From IMG/VR virus record IMGVR_UViG_3300033121_001676, positions 32,001 through 96,000 of that record: DNA of 64,000 nucleotides; one strand, given 5' to 3'. This document shows positions 9,575 through 19,656 of the stretch, in pieces. Within the stretch, counting starts at the first letter, position 1; every line of letters starts with the position of its first letter. Below the pieces are notes generated by a model. It saw nothing but the letters and a program-made list of their open reading frames with translations, was not told the origin of the DNA and did not search any database. The translations under genes were made by a program, and so were the position numbers. The DNA is from a virus (lineage: Duplodnaviria; Caudoviricetes).

Positions 9575-11676
9575 TGGGACTGACAGTTACTTTTGGATCA
9601 GTTACACTCCCAAACGTTCGTAGCATACAAAAGGGATCAACTGTTTCTACGACTGTTTGGAATGATCAAACACTGAATAAAGGTTTGCTTCTTCGTGAAA
9701 TTACTGTCGATGGTTTAATCTTTACAACAAATAGAGCAATTTCAAATGCAGGGATTGTTTCTGCTATTAGTGCATATGATGCTCTTGAATCAAGTCTTAG
9801 GTCTGTTGGAAATTCAAGTCTTGTTATCGGTTCACTTTCGTCAATTTCAGATTGCAGGGTTTCTCAAGTTAATTTTGATCAATATCCAGGCAATCCCGTT
9901 CTCTTCTATACAGTCAAATTCTTAACAACTGTCACGAATCCATTTGCTGAAACTGTCACACTTACTGATTCGGGTGGGACGACGACATTTGATCCGATCC
10001 CACAAATCACTGATCAATTTGTTAGACAGGATGGCGTAATAGCATGGGATTCACAAGGTACTTCTGCTGCAAAACAAATTAGATTAAGGGGTCGATTTAC
10101 TGGAACAGTTGTTCAATTAGGTTCAACTGAAGATGAAATTAAAGCGAGATTAACTACCTATCCGACAATGACACTTGTCATTCCAAGCGGTACATACACT
10201 GTAAAATGCCAGTCATTCACTTTCACAACACCTGATAGCACGAGTCGAGACGATATTAAGGATTATGAAATCGAGTTATTTACTGAAAAGAATTATACTC
10301 TTGAAAGTGAAAATCTTCCAAATACACCTGTCACAATTGCAGGCGTCACATTTACTGTTCTTGAATCATATGCTTCAAGCATTTCGAGAGTGAACAATAA
10401 TGGTGTTTATGAAATTGAAACTGAAGAATTGAATATCTCTGGGCAGGTGCATTTTGCAAGCTTTGCTGCTGCCGAAGCATATGCCTCAGCAATTGCCTCG
10501 GTTACTCTCGTGCCGAATACACTTTTAAGTGTAAGTGGTAAGAGCCTTGTCGCAACGTCTATTAACATAGGAACACCTAAGAGAGAAGGACGTCTAACAA
10601 CTGGTGCTCAGAAGTATATTGTCACAATTTCTATTTCATTACAGTGGATTATTAGCCTACAAGACAAAGCTCTTTCTTCATCAGAATCAATTTTTGGTGT
10701 CAATTGGTTCACGATTTCAAGCAAAGGTTATGGTGGAAATGTTAATGTCTGTGGTCTTAAAACTCAAGACACATTGAACATTTCTGGAAAAGTTTCATCA
10801 ATTCCTGCAATCGAAGTCGGTAATTCATATTCATACAATGGTAAGCAATACTATTTGACAGGTGTTAATTTTGGTTCAAGAGATAATCAAGGACGTTATG
10901 ATCTTAGTGTTACTGGTAGAACTCTTGATACTTTTGAACAAGCTGAAGAATTTTTGACATATATTCTTCCTGTCAGTGGTCAATTCATCAATGAACTTAC
11001 ATCATTTTCTAAAAGTGTGAATTACAAATACACTTCAACAGTCGGATATAAAGCGACTTCAGTTACGATCAATATTTCAGGATTTATCTATGTTGGTAGT
11101 GGGAGTGCGAATGGTGTTTTGAATATGATTAATGAGTTTTCTCAATTCACAGGCGGTGGTTTGAATTCATACAGGGTCACTTCAGTAAGTGTTGGGAATA
11201 AACAAAAATTCATTGATCTTGTCGGTTGTGCAATTGGTCAAAAGCAAAGTGTGACTGTCGGTTACATAATCAATTTTGAACCTGATGGAAATTCATCTGG
11301 AAGAAAACCTGCAACAGAAGCAAAGATAATTGAAGAACAATCAGTTGAAATTCAACAGATTTTGAATAAGTATACACAGATACAGATTCCTGGTGGAGCA
11401 TTGTATTTTAAGAAGACTGGTCTCATACCAGGGAAGGTTACAATCAAGATAACAAGAAGAAGAGTTGGTGGGTCAGCAACACAATCATTTGATTATCCAC
11501 CAATACCAGGACCTCCTGGTGGACCAGAAGAAATGTTTTTATCAGATTCAAAGCAATCATCAACTGGAACAACAAGAAGCTCTAGTGCTGAATATACAGT
11601 AATCAAAGGAACGGTGAACGCAGTTGCTGCAAGTGGTGGGACTGTTGTTGGAACGATAGCTGCTGAAGATGGCTGA
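9574..11676 (+). CDS. Distal-tail-like protein with about six internal repeats
   Basis: Directly follows the tape measure (TAATG overlap). Recurrent ITVDG/IRLRG/LNISG/LNISG/INISG/VTIKI strands at roughly 90-125 aa spacing. Confidence 0.55.
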   Translation: MGLTVTFGSVTLPNVRSIQKGSTVSTTVWNDQTLNKGLLLREITVDGLIFTTNRAISNAGIVSAISAYDALESSLRSVGNSSLVIGSLSSISDCRVSQVNFDQYPGNPVLFYTVKFLTTVTNPFAETVTLTDSGGTTTFDPIPQITDQFVRQDGVIAWDSQGTSAAKQIRLRGRFTGTVVQLGSTEDEIKARLTTYPTMTLVIPSGTYTVKCQSFTFTTPDSTSRDDIKDYEIELFTEKNYTLESENLPNTPVTIAGVTFTVLESYASSISRVNNNGVYEIETEELNISGQVHFASFAAAEAYASAIASVTLVPNTLLSVSGKSLVATSINIGTPKREGRLTTGAQKYIVTISISLQWIISLQDKALSSSESIFGVNWFTISSKGYGGNVNVCGLKTQDTLNISGKVSSIPAIEVGNSYSYNGKQYYLTGVNFGSRDNQGRYDLSVTGRTLDTFEQAEEFLTYILPVSGQFINELTSFSKSVNYKYTSTVGYKATSVTINISGFIYVGSGSANGVLNMINEFSQFTGGGLNSYRVTSVSVGNKQKFIDLVGCAIGQKQSVTVGYIINFEPDGNSSGRKPATEAKIIEEQSVEIQQILNKYTQIQIPGGALYFKKTGLIPGKVTIKITRRRVGGSATQSFDYPPIPGPPGGPEEMFLSDSKQSSTGTTRSSSAEYTVIKGTVNAVAASGGTVVGTIAAEDG

Positions 11677-14600
11677 TCCAAACATACTTCCAGAAATTAG
11701 GGTTGATAATGAAATTGATGATGAAGGTGGGAGTTTTATTGAAGAAAATCTCAGTATTGGCACTACTCCATCTACTGCAAAGATTACGATTGAAGGAGAT
11801 GATGATCTTAGTGTAGTTTCAATTGATGATCCTGAACATTTATCTGAAGGATTGGCTTTTGAAGTTGAAGTTACTGGTGTCAAAATATCTAAGACAATTT
11901 ATGATAACAGGCAGCGTGCAAAGAGAATAATTTTCACTGCCAGCTTCAATTCTGAAAATAGTGACAGATATATGTCACTTATTGATGGAAAAAATTATGA
12001 AGATGGTCATTTTCAAAATATGACCTATAATGATATAATTGATTACATAGTTGAAAAAACAAGAGATTTCCCTGGTTCAGAACTTGTTCTCAATACAGGC
12101 AATCCAAAACTTAATGTCTATGCAGGTGAATTCAAATTCGACAATAATGATGTTGTTACAGCAATCACGCAAGTTCTTGAAAGAGCTGGTAACTTTAGCT
12201 GGTGGTTGAAAAGAAATGCAGGTCCACCAAATACATCAGTTTTTACAAATGAAATTGAAATTCTTGATCTCGGTGAACCAGAACAAATCAATATTGCCGT
12301 ACTTGGTCAAAATATCTATTCAGCAGACTTTACTGGATCAGAAGATTCATATAGACCAGGTGTCCTTGTTAAGGATGGTGATGATGATTATGGTTCTAAG
12401 ATGCAATTTGGTGATCCAACTGATTATGGAAGAACTGAAAGGGGTAGTGAAACACTCAATCCATTAGGGCCACTTGTAAGCAGACCGATAATTCGTACTG
12501 ATGTTCCAGAAACAATTCAGTTTAGTGCATATGATATCAATGCTGTTGATTTTGGTCAAGGACGTCGTAATCTTTGGACTTTTCCGAGTTCACCAAATGG
12601 CAGTGGAGATTTCTTAACACAAGAACTTCAGATTTCAGTCAACAAAGCAACGGCAGGAACAAACAGGATTGGGGCCATCTTCGAAGTACCTGAAGTGCAT
12701 ACTTGGCCTAATGCGCAACCTCCGATTGTCGATGGAAGAGATTTTGTTAAGATTGAAAGAAAACTTCTAACTCATCCGAATGTTGATTTAACAATTGAAA
12801 CATATTTCTCTTCACATCCAACACTTTCTGCAAGTGAAACTTTTCACGAAAAACGCATTACAGAAAATGGTCAAGTTACAAATGTCATCAGTCCCGGTGA
12901 TCAATTTGCTACATGGAAAGCAAGCAAGCGAATTAAAGGGATTACTGATTTCATCGATCAAGGAAAAGATTCAGAATTCGCTTCATATGAATTCTTGCAG
13001 TATGATTATTTGAACAATGAAGGTAGGGATGCAAAGAAAGTCCAACTTGTCTTAAAGCCGCGCCCAACATGGACATCATTACCTGAATATAGGATTGATT
13101 TTGATCGAGGTTACATATTTGTTCCAAGTTCATTATTTTATCTTCTTGGCAACTGGTCTCCGATTACTGTAATCAAATTTACAAATGATCCAGATGAAGC
13201 TGCTGGAGCAAGTACCACAACACCGAAAGTTGTTCTTCAAGCAAAATTTGAAGATGCCTTACAAAACAGTGCTGTCAGAATAATCGGTGTTCTTTCAAGA
13301 CCTCACAGAGTTGCAAAAAAAGGCGATGCTCCATATGCTGTTATCAGGAAGGGGGACTACAAGAGCACAAATGTTCCATTCAATGCTGCTGGCATACAAG
13401 GATTCATAAGATCAGATGGACCATTTAATGATTTTGAAAGAATGGAACATGTTGCTGAAGCACTTTATCAACAGAATTTGAATAAGACTGGTGCCCGTGG
13501 TAGAATTACAATTTACCCAGGTGATCAATCAGTCTTCCCTGGCAGGGGAACAAATGGTGGTGTGATTATCAATGTCAAACACACATATGTTCCTTATTTC
13601 AAAACAGATATTAGCCTTACTGATGATAGAAAATATTACGATCTTTCTGATCTTGCATATAAGAGGGAATTGAATCAGAACAAACATATTGTTGATTTGA
13701 ATAATCAAAGCATTAGAACATATCTTTCAAGAACTGGTGCCGGTGGATCGAGTGGCAGTAGTGGTGCAGCATCTCTTGTTCCGCCGCACACACACTCTGA
13801 TCAATTTTCTGGTGGCACGAGACTCGGGGATATCATTGTCAATTCGATTACAATTGAAGGAGATTCTAAGAAAGGGAATGAAAGTGAACCTGCGATAAAT
13901 TTCAATGCAGGAGGCGAACAAGGAACTCTTGATGTTGTATTTGATCCTGATAAAGGAAAGTTCGTTTCTCAAACAAGTTTGTTCATTGATAAAAGACCAG
14001 ATAATCAACGTGTCCCGAATGCAAAATCAAATGAAAGCACGCAATTTACTGATGTAAATAGAGCACAAGCACGAGCTCCTTCATCTGGGTATTTGCACAA
14101 TTTATTTGATATTGGTCTGGTTGGAACAGAAATTTCAAGGGTTTGCTTAAACATCGTTCCCAAACCATTTGAACCATTGAATGAATATTCAAGCCAGCAG
14201 GCCAATCTTAGAAACTATGGTGGAGATAGGCTGTTCATTACTGACTCTCAAGACAGAGCTGGTTATCTTGGGACTTATACATCAAATCCGGTACACTTAA
14301 TTTCCAGATTTTCTTCTGGTGATACAACCGGTAATTCTGAACGTTGGATTAGAAATAGTAACACAACACCGATATCAATGATCGGTGTTGCAAAACCTGC
14401 TTATTCAAGATCTACGAGAGTTGATGAAAATTTCTTCAATAATGATGTAGAAGTTTTCGGCTTTGCTTCCATGATTATGGATCAAAGTTCTGGAACAACT
14501 CCTGCATTTAAGGTTGATCTTGATAAACAACAGTCTGGCAACCAAAAGACAACTGTTGATGCAGGTGACCCTGCAATCAGATATGAGGCGGCAAAAGGTA

Positions 14601-17600
14601 GTGGATACTGGCTCGGTTATCATTGGAGTGATCAACAACCAACCAATCTGATTGAACTTCTTTCGTTGAGACCACTGACTTCTGGTACTGTGACTACGAA
14701 AGGAATTTATCGGTATGGGTACTATTTCAATGATGGTGATGATAGCAAGTACGGTTTTGGTCAACAGATTGGTGGTGTGAGATCTGTTACTGCTGAAAAA
14801 ACAGGATCATTAGTTGGTGCTCTTTCTAAAACTGAAACAATTGCAAGAAGTAATGGAACAGTTCACCAACTTGTCGTCGCTGATGGATTGAAAGGTTATG
14901 CGGCTATTGGATTGAATGCTATTGGCAATGCGAGAGATCTTGATTCTGGATTTAATCAATCACTTGGTACAACTGGAAATGACAATTCTCGCAAAGGCGC
15001 AAGCTTAGGTCTTGAATCTGGCATTCTTTCTGGAAAACAATATGGTTTCGCGTATTTGTTTGCCTCTGGAGATACGCCGAAAGATGCAGCGACAGGTACA
15101 GAGAATGCTTATTCAGGATCTTACGGTGTTCCTGTTAGTGCGATAGCAGCAAATCCAGAAGAAAAAAATGTCACCGGTATAAGAGTCAACCATTACAGTT
15201 CATCTGGCGGGATACAAGCAAGCGGAACAAGCGGTCAATCAGGAGGAGGTGGTCAAGGTAGTTCGACATTCCCAAACAACATCCTCTTCCATATTAATTC
15301 ACCAAACAAAAACACACTCTTCTACTTTGGCCCTGATGGAATGAAGGGTGTGTGGGATGGATATCAAAACGGATCTGCAAGAGTTGGATTTGCAGCAGGA
15401 TTGCAATTTGGATTTGGTGGCGGATGGTGGTGGGGCAACTACGTTTTTGGAAATCAAACAGGCCAAAATCAAAGCTCACTGTTTCCGTTCACACATACTT
15501 TCTTTGAAGGAGGTGCAAGTTCTCTTAAATTGACGATGACTGATTCGACAATGTTCCCAATTTCATCATTAAATATTGATCTTTCACAAAACTTTCCATC
15601 TGGAAACAATTCAAATATCAATAGTGTCTACAATTACACATATGGAACACGACCTGGTTCTGGAAGTGCGCCACCTCTTCCTAATGGAGTTGCAGCACTT
15701 CTTTCAATGCTTGTTGATGCTGTTCTTTCTTTGATGCATGATTTGCAATCACTTAGCCAAGTTGTTGATAACATACTACATGAAATTGATTCAATTTGGA
15801 AAAAGATCAAAGAAATACAGGCTGAACAAAAGAAAAATCGCAAGGTTATTATCAACATACTTATCATTATCATTATTGTCACAAAGAATAAGAAGAAGCA
15901 AGAAGGCGAACACCCCGGGATTGGCGGCACTACTCCAGGCGGAACGGGCACATCAACTCCGCAAGGTGGCACTACTGGACAGCCAGGACCGGGAGCAAAT
16001 TGGGGTAATGGAAGTGGCGGTGTCAATAGCAGTGGTCCATCAACTACTGGAGGTGTAACTGGCACTCCTGGTTGGAGTACGCCTTCTGGCCCAACATCAA
16101 CAACGACTGGTGGGGCTGCTGGTGGTGGTGCAAACGCAGGTGGAGAAAATCATCCTGGCGGAGGCACAAATGGAAAATCAAATGACAATAAGAACATCCA
16201 TACAGGAATGACTCAAGGTGCCAGTGCTGTCACTGGCAATGCAACACAATCAGCAGGATCAGGTAAACCTGCAAACGTTGCTGTTCTTGGTCTTATCGGT
16301 TCAAATCCTGTCTACACCGGCAGGCCAACAAAAGATCCAATCTTAACACCATCAGATAATTCAGAATACCGTCAAACAAATCCTCTTTCAATTCCAATTG
16401 GTGAAACATATAACCCAGAAACATTGAATCCTGATACATATCTTGTCGGGATACCAGAAGTTTCAAAATCAAGTGCTGCAACACTTTGGAGAATCGGTGG
16501 TGGTGGTGGATTGCCGAATGCTTCAACTGGACCGACAACAAATCCTGTCGCTCCAGTAACAAAGCCAGGAGATCCAGGTTGGCAGCCAGATCAAGATATT
16601 AGATCAATTCTTCAACTTGCAAGCAGAACACCGACAGTTGATCTTGATGCTGCTGGCAGGTGGACGATTGTTGGTGGAGATCAAATCTTCCCGACAATGT
16701 ATGATGCTGGTGGAAGAATTGCAATTAGCGATGATGTAAATGCAAGGGTGAATATCGGTGGTCTTATCGGAACAAATCTCGGTGTTTTGAAAACACTCGC
16801 AGGAATCGAAGCTCGTCCTGAACTCATAGTTTCAAAGAGATCTTTCGGTCTTGTTGTTACTGATGGCGCTTCTAATAAATTCATTTCAAATAACTTTGGT
16901 GCATATCAAGCAGCAGCACATAGTGACGGATCAGGTTACTATATTACAAATCCGAGTGAGACTCCAATCTTCGGTGGTGTGATTGGAACTATGATGAATC
17001 GTATCAATAGATATGATTCAAGAACATCGCCGACCAATACTGGTCTTTTTGTTAGTGCATCAGGCAGTGTCATTAATGCAAACTCAAGTATTGAAGAATC
17101 CATTATTGCAATTGATAGTTGCATCAGCTTTGTTGATCCGAACTCACATTATCAATCTGCAAATAATTCTGTTCAACAAAATCTTGAAGAAATTGGTTTT
17201 GTTGTTGCAGAACACACTTCTAAATGGCCGAACATTCCATTCAATCCTACAAGTGGTTTAGATCCTGGTGATTATAGTAGAATATTATCATTTGATACAA
17301 CACTCAATATGAATGTTGTTGAACTCGGAACAGGTATTGATAGTTACCTCGGATATTTGACAGCAAAAATTCCGGCTTGGTACAAAGCAAACGGATCAAC
17401 GGCATTCACAATTGATCTTTATTACACAATCACATCATCAAAATCATCAACAGAAAGATTTACGATTCAAGTTTCTTATAATTCTTTTGATGAAGCTGGC
17501 GCAGATTATGGCTCTGTTTCAACACAAACATTTGACCAAAATGTTACTGCATCAGAAACACCATATATTCCTAAAAAGATGACAATGAACATCACCACTG

Positions 17601-17725
17601 GAAGTTTTGGTGTTGCTGATGATATTGTTCAAATGAATCTTATGAGGCTTGGTTCGACAGATACATTTGAATTTTCAGTTCTTGTTTATGGATTTGTGAT
17701 TCGTAGTGGAGTCAAATATACATAG
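11669..17725 (+). CDS. Large tail-tip/hub-central fibre protein (2018 aa)
   Basis: Hub-like N-terminus, PPHTHS motif, coiled coil, Gly/Thr-rich linker and C-terminal beta domain; position after the Dit-like gene. Confidence 0.65.
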   Translation: MADPNILPEIRVDNEIDDEGGSFIEENLSIGTTPSTAKITIEGDDDLSVVSIDDPEHLSEGLAFEVEVTGVKISKTIYDNRQRAKRIIFTASFNSENSDRYMSLIDGKNYEDGHFQNMTYNDIIDYIVEKTRDFPGSELVLNTGNPKLNVYAGEFKFDNNDVVTAITQVLERAGNFSWWLKRNAGPPNTSVFTNEIEILDLGEPEQINIAVLGQNIYSADFTGSEDSYRPGVLVKDGDDDYGSKMQFGDPTDYGRTERGSETLNPLGPLVSRPIIRTDVPETIQFSAYDINAVDFGQGRRNLWTFPSSPNGSGDFLTQELQISVNKATAGTNRIGAIFEVPEVHTWPNAQPPIVDGRDFVKIERKLLTHPNVDLTIETYFSSHPTLSASETFHEKRITENGQVTNVISPGDQFATWKASKRIKGITDFIDQGKDSEFASYEFLQYDYLNNEGRDAKKVQLVLKPRPTWTSLPEYRIDFDRGYIFVPSSLFYLLGNWSPITVIKFTNDPDEAAGASTTTPKVVLQAKFEDALQNSAVRIIGVLSRPHRVAKKGDAPYAVIRKGDYKSTNVPFNAAGIQGFIRSDGPFNDFERMEHVAEALYQQNLNKTGARGRITIYPGDQSVFPGRGTNGGVIINVKHTYVPYFKTDISLTDDRKYYDLSDLAYKRELNQNKHIVDLNNQSIRTYLSRTGAGGSSGSSGAASLVPPHTHSDQFSGGTRLGDIIVNSITIEGDSKKGNESEPAINFNAGGEQGTLDVVFDPDKGKFVSQTSLFIDKRPDNQRVPNAKSNESTQFTDVNRAQARAPSSGYLHNLFDIGLVGTEISRVCLNIVPKPFEPLNEYSSQQANLRNYGGDRLFITDSQDRAGYLGTYTSNPVHLISRFSSGDTTGNSERWIRNSNTTPISMIGVAKPAYSRSTRVDENFFNNDVEVFGFASMIMDQSSGTTPAFKVDLDKQQSGNQKTTVDAGDPAIRYEAAKGSGYWLGYHWSDQQPTNLIELLSLRPLTSGTVTTKGIYRYGYYFNDGDDSKYGFGQQIGGVRSVTAEKTGSLVGALSKTETIARSNGTVHQLVVADGLKGYAAIGLNAIGNARDLDSGFNQSLGTTGNDNSRKGASLGLESGILSGKQYGFAYLFASGDTPKDAATGTENAYSGSYGVPVSAIAANPEEKNVTGIRVNHYSSSGGIQASGTSGQSGGGGQGSSTFPNNILFHINSPNKNTLFYFGPDGMKGVWDGYQNGSARVGFAAGLQFGFGGGWWWGNYVFGNQTGQNQSSLFPFTHTFFEGGASSLKLTMTDSTMFPISSLNIDLSQNFPSGNNSNINSVYNYTYGTRPGSGSAPPLPNGVAALLSMLVDAVLSLMHDLQSLSQVVDNILHEIDSIWKKIKEIQAEQKKNRKVIINILIIIIIVTKNKKKQEGEHPGIGGTTPGGTGTSTPQGGTTGQPGPGANWGNGSGGVNSSGPSTTGGVTGTPGWSTPSGPTSTTTGGAAGGGANAGGENHPGGGTNGKSNDNKNIHTGMTQGASAVTGNATQSAGSGKPANVAVLGLIGSNPVYTGRPTKDPILTPSDNSEYRQTNPLSIPIGETYNPETLNPDTYLVGIPEVSKSSAATLWRIGGGGGLPNASTGPTTNPVAPVTKPGDPGWQPDQDIRSILQLASRTPTVDLDAAGRWTIVGGDQIFPTMYDAGGRIAISDDVNARVNIGGLIGTNLGVLKTLAGIEARPELIVSKRSFGLVVTDGASNKFISNNFGAYQAAAHSDGSGYYITNPSETPIFGGVIGTMMNRINRYDSRTSPTNTGLFVSASGSVINANSSIEESIIAIDSCISFVDPNSHYQSANNSVQQNLEEIGFVVAEHTSKWPNIPFNPTSGLDPGDYSRILSFDTTLNMNVVELGTGIDSYLGYLTAKIPAWYKANGSTAFTIDLYYTITSSKSSTERFTIQVSYNSFDEAGADYGSVSTQTFDQNVTASETPYIPKKMTMNITTGSFGVADDIVQMNLMRLGSTDTFEFSVLVYGFVIRSGVKYT

Positions 17726-17749
17726 CAAGTATAATGATTGAGGAAACAA

Positions 17750-18310
17750 ATGATCAAAAAGATTGAAGAGAGAATCAAAAAGAAGCAAGAAGAGAGAGCG
17801 AAGCTTATTGAAGAAGCAAACTTGCTTCATTCTAGAATGCAAGAAATGCAATCAAGATTGGGTAGTTTGAACAACTCAATCATTGCTTTGAATGGTGCAT
17901 TAACTGAACTTGCTGAAGTTCATATCGAATTATCAAGGGGTGGCAGCCCACAGACCGTCAGAAGTGATGGTCCTGCATTAACGCCTTCACCAAAGAAGAA
18001 GGATGAAAACGTTACTCGAGTTGTTGAACAAAGTGTTGATGACAAGAAAAAGAAGAATGATGAATATCAAAAAATGATTAAAGATGCGAGAGAAGCTGTA
18101 TTGGCAGAGAGAAGTAAAACTGTAAAAACAACATTGACTGCTGATCAAGTTAGGAAACAACTTGAAGATGAAACTGATGAACAAGAACTTCCAGTAGAAC
18201 AAGAATTTCCAGTAGAAGGAAACGCATCACCTGTCGGGATGCGTGATCCAAAAAATCGTATCGTCGTCAATGAAAATCCGTCGTCGAATAGAAATGAGGA
18301 GGAGGACTAA
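17750..18310 (+). CDS. Coiled-coil hypothetical protein
   Basis: GAGG RBS before ATG 17750; heptad-rich N-terminus. Confidence 0.55.
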   Translation: MIKKIEERIKKKQEERAKLIEEANLLHSRMQEMQSRLGSLNNSIIALNGALTELAEVHIELSRGGSPQTVRSDGPALTPSPKKKDENVTRVVEQSVDDKKKKNDEYQKMIKDAREAVLAERSKTVKTTLTADQVRKQLEDETDEQELPVEQEFPVEGNASPVGMRDPKNRIVVNENPSSNRNEEED

Positions 18311-18684
18311 TGTATCTTGGGGCATTTGATCTCAGTGACTTCTATCCAGTTATTGCAACTGCACTGACCGCTCTTCTTGCAATTGGAATGAAGTGGGTTT
18401 CTGCACAGGCTTGGGCAAGCCAGGGTGTTCGTGATTTCGGTGTTTACATTGAAGGATTTGGCAATAGAGCAAAGGACAAGTTCCTTGCTGAAACCATCGC
18501 ATCCAAGACACCTGATAGTGATGGTGGTGTGACAATTACCCATGCAGAATATTCCAAGATTCGTCAAGATATGTATGATCTTTTGATGTCTGAAATCAAA
18601 GGACCAGCAAAGGATTATGCTATCAAGCTCGGTGCAAACGTCATCAAGGGTCTCATTGGCAAGTACCTCAAGATCGATGTCTGA
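18310..18684 (+). CDS. Putative holin
   Basis: N-terminal TM segment VIATALTALLAIGM, GGAGGA RBS, position after tail genes. Confidence 0.4.
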   Translation: MYLGAFDLSDFYPVIATALTALLAIGMKWVSAQAWASQGVRDFGVYIEGFGNRAKDKFLAETIASKTPDSDGGVTITHAEYSKIRQDMYDLLMSEIKGPAKDYAIKLGANVIKGLIGKYLKIDV

Positions 18685-18919
18685 AAGGAAAGGAAATCAA
18701 ATGCCAAATCTTTTCACGTTTGCCGATGCTGTTCAAGCAAAAGGTGAATTCAAGAGATATTCTGGTCCAGGATGCACTGTATTCATTTACAAATACATCA
18801 ATGCTGACCGTCCTGCAGACTGGAGGGCAATGATTCTTACAGAAGATAAGATTACTGAAATTACTGAAGACAGTGAATTAGACTTGATGAGTGCAGTCAC
18901 AGAAAATCTGAAGCAGTGA
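18677..18919 (+). CDS. Hypothetical protein
   Basis: Short ORF in the gene train; start uncertain. Confidence 0.4.
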   Translation: MSERKGNQMPNLFTFADAVQAKGEFKRYSGPGCTVFIYKYINADRPADWRAMILTEDKITEITEDSELDLMSAVTENLKQ

Positions 18920-18920
18920 T

Positions 18921-19112
18921 ATGGGATTTCTAATAAGCTTCTTTTCTGATCTTTTAGCAAAAATCCTCCCAGGTTTGCTGAAAGATCTCTTTGGACCAAA
19001 AATCACAAAGGTTGATTATGGCAAGAGCAACTTGGGTCAAATTTCTAATCCTACCAGTGATGATGATTTCAGTTCTCACTTTGGTGGGGTGCGGATCGAC
19101 GAACGCGAATAA
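18921..19112 (+). CDS. Small membrane protein, i-spanin-like candidate
   Basis: Hydrophobic N-terminus; overlaps the lipoprotein gene in another frame. Confidence 0.35.
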   Translation: MGFLISFFSDLLAKILPGLLKDLFGPKITKVDYGKSNLGQISNPTSDDDFSSHFGGVRIDERE

Positions 19113-19347
19113 GGTTTGCTACGGCGGATTTATTCGCAGTGCTGTTGAGACCCAAGGTGCTTTGCGCCTCGCGCAGGACCAAGTAACTGTTGTTGTTGAT
19201 GGCAAAGATGAAACTGCCGTATTGTATACTACAGGCAACTACTTCGTAGTATTTGCAGAAGATCTTATTGCGGCAGTCAAAGCAATGAAAGAAAATATTG
19301 AACTGCGTGCAAAGATCAAAGAGTTAGAGAAAAACAATGGAAATTGA
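19018..19347 (+). CDS. Lipoprotein, o-spanin-like candidate
   Basis: Signal peptide MARATWVKFLILPVMMISVLTLVG-C with an LVGC lipobox; C-terminal coiled coil. Confidence 0.5.
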   Translation: MARATWVKFLILPVMMISVLTLVGCGSTNANKVCYGGFIRSAVETQGALRLAQDQVTVVVDGKDETAVLYTTGNYFVVFAEDLIAAVKAMKENIELRAKIKELEKNNGN

Positions 19348-19600
19348 TGAACGTTTGAAGTGCATGTTTTTGAGAATCAGTGATGCACTTGGCTTTTCAT
19401 ACTGCGGTCCTGATTGCAGTCCGTTTATTTTAGTGAAGGATTGTGATGGAAAAGCACTTGAAAATATTTTGCCTGGAGTAACATTTGCAGAAGCACAAGA
19501 AGCTGTAATCAAAATTGCTAAAGCTGCAACTGATCCAAAAATTGAATTCATTAGAAAAGTTGGTTTAAGTATTATCGAAGCTTCCAAAAGCTTGTCATAA
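19337..19600 (+). CDS. Hypothetical protein
   Basis: ORF in the gene train. Confidence 0.45.
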   Translation: MEIDERLKCMFLRISDALGFSYCGPDCSPFILVKDCDGKALENILPGVTFAEAQEAVIKIAKAATDPKIEFIRKVGLSIIEASKSLS

Positions 19601-19621
19601 CATTACTTGTAGGTATATGCC

Positions 19622-19656
19622 ACTAAGGCTAACTATATGTTAGCCTTAGTTTGTTT
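19622..19656 (+). terminator. Intrinsic terminator-like hairpin ending the structural/lysis block
   Basis: Perfect 12-bp inverted repeat ACTAAGGCTAAC-TATAT-GTTAGCCTTAGT followed by TTGTTT. Confidence 0.55.

Noticed and set aside
18179-18217. 18-bp tandem duplication (EQELPV/EQEFPV)
   Set aside because: Minor in-frame repeat in a disordered region; no sign of a function.
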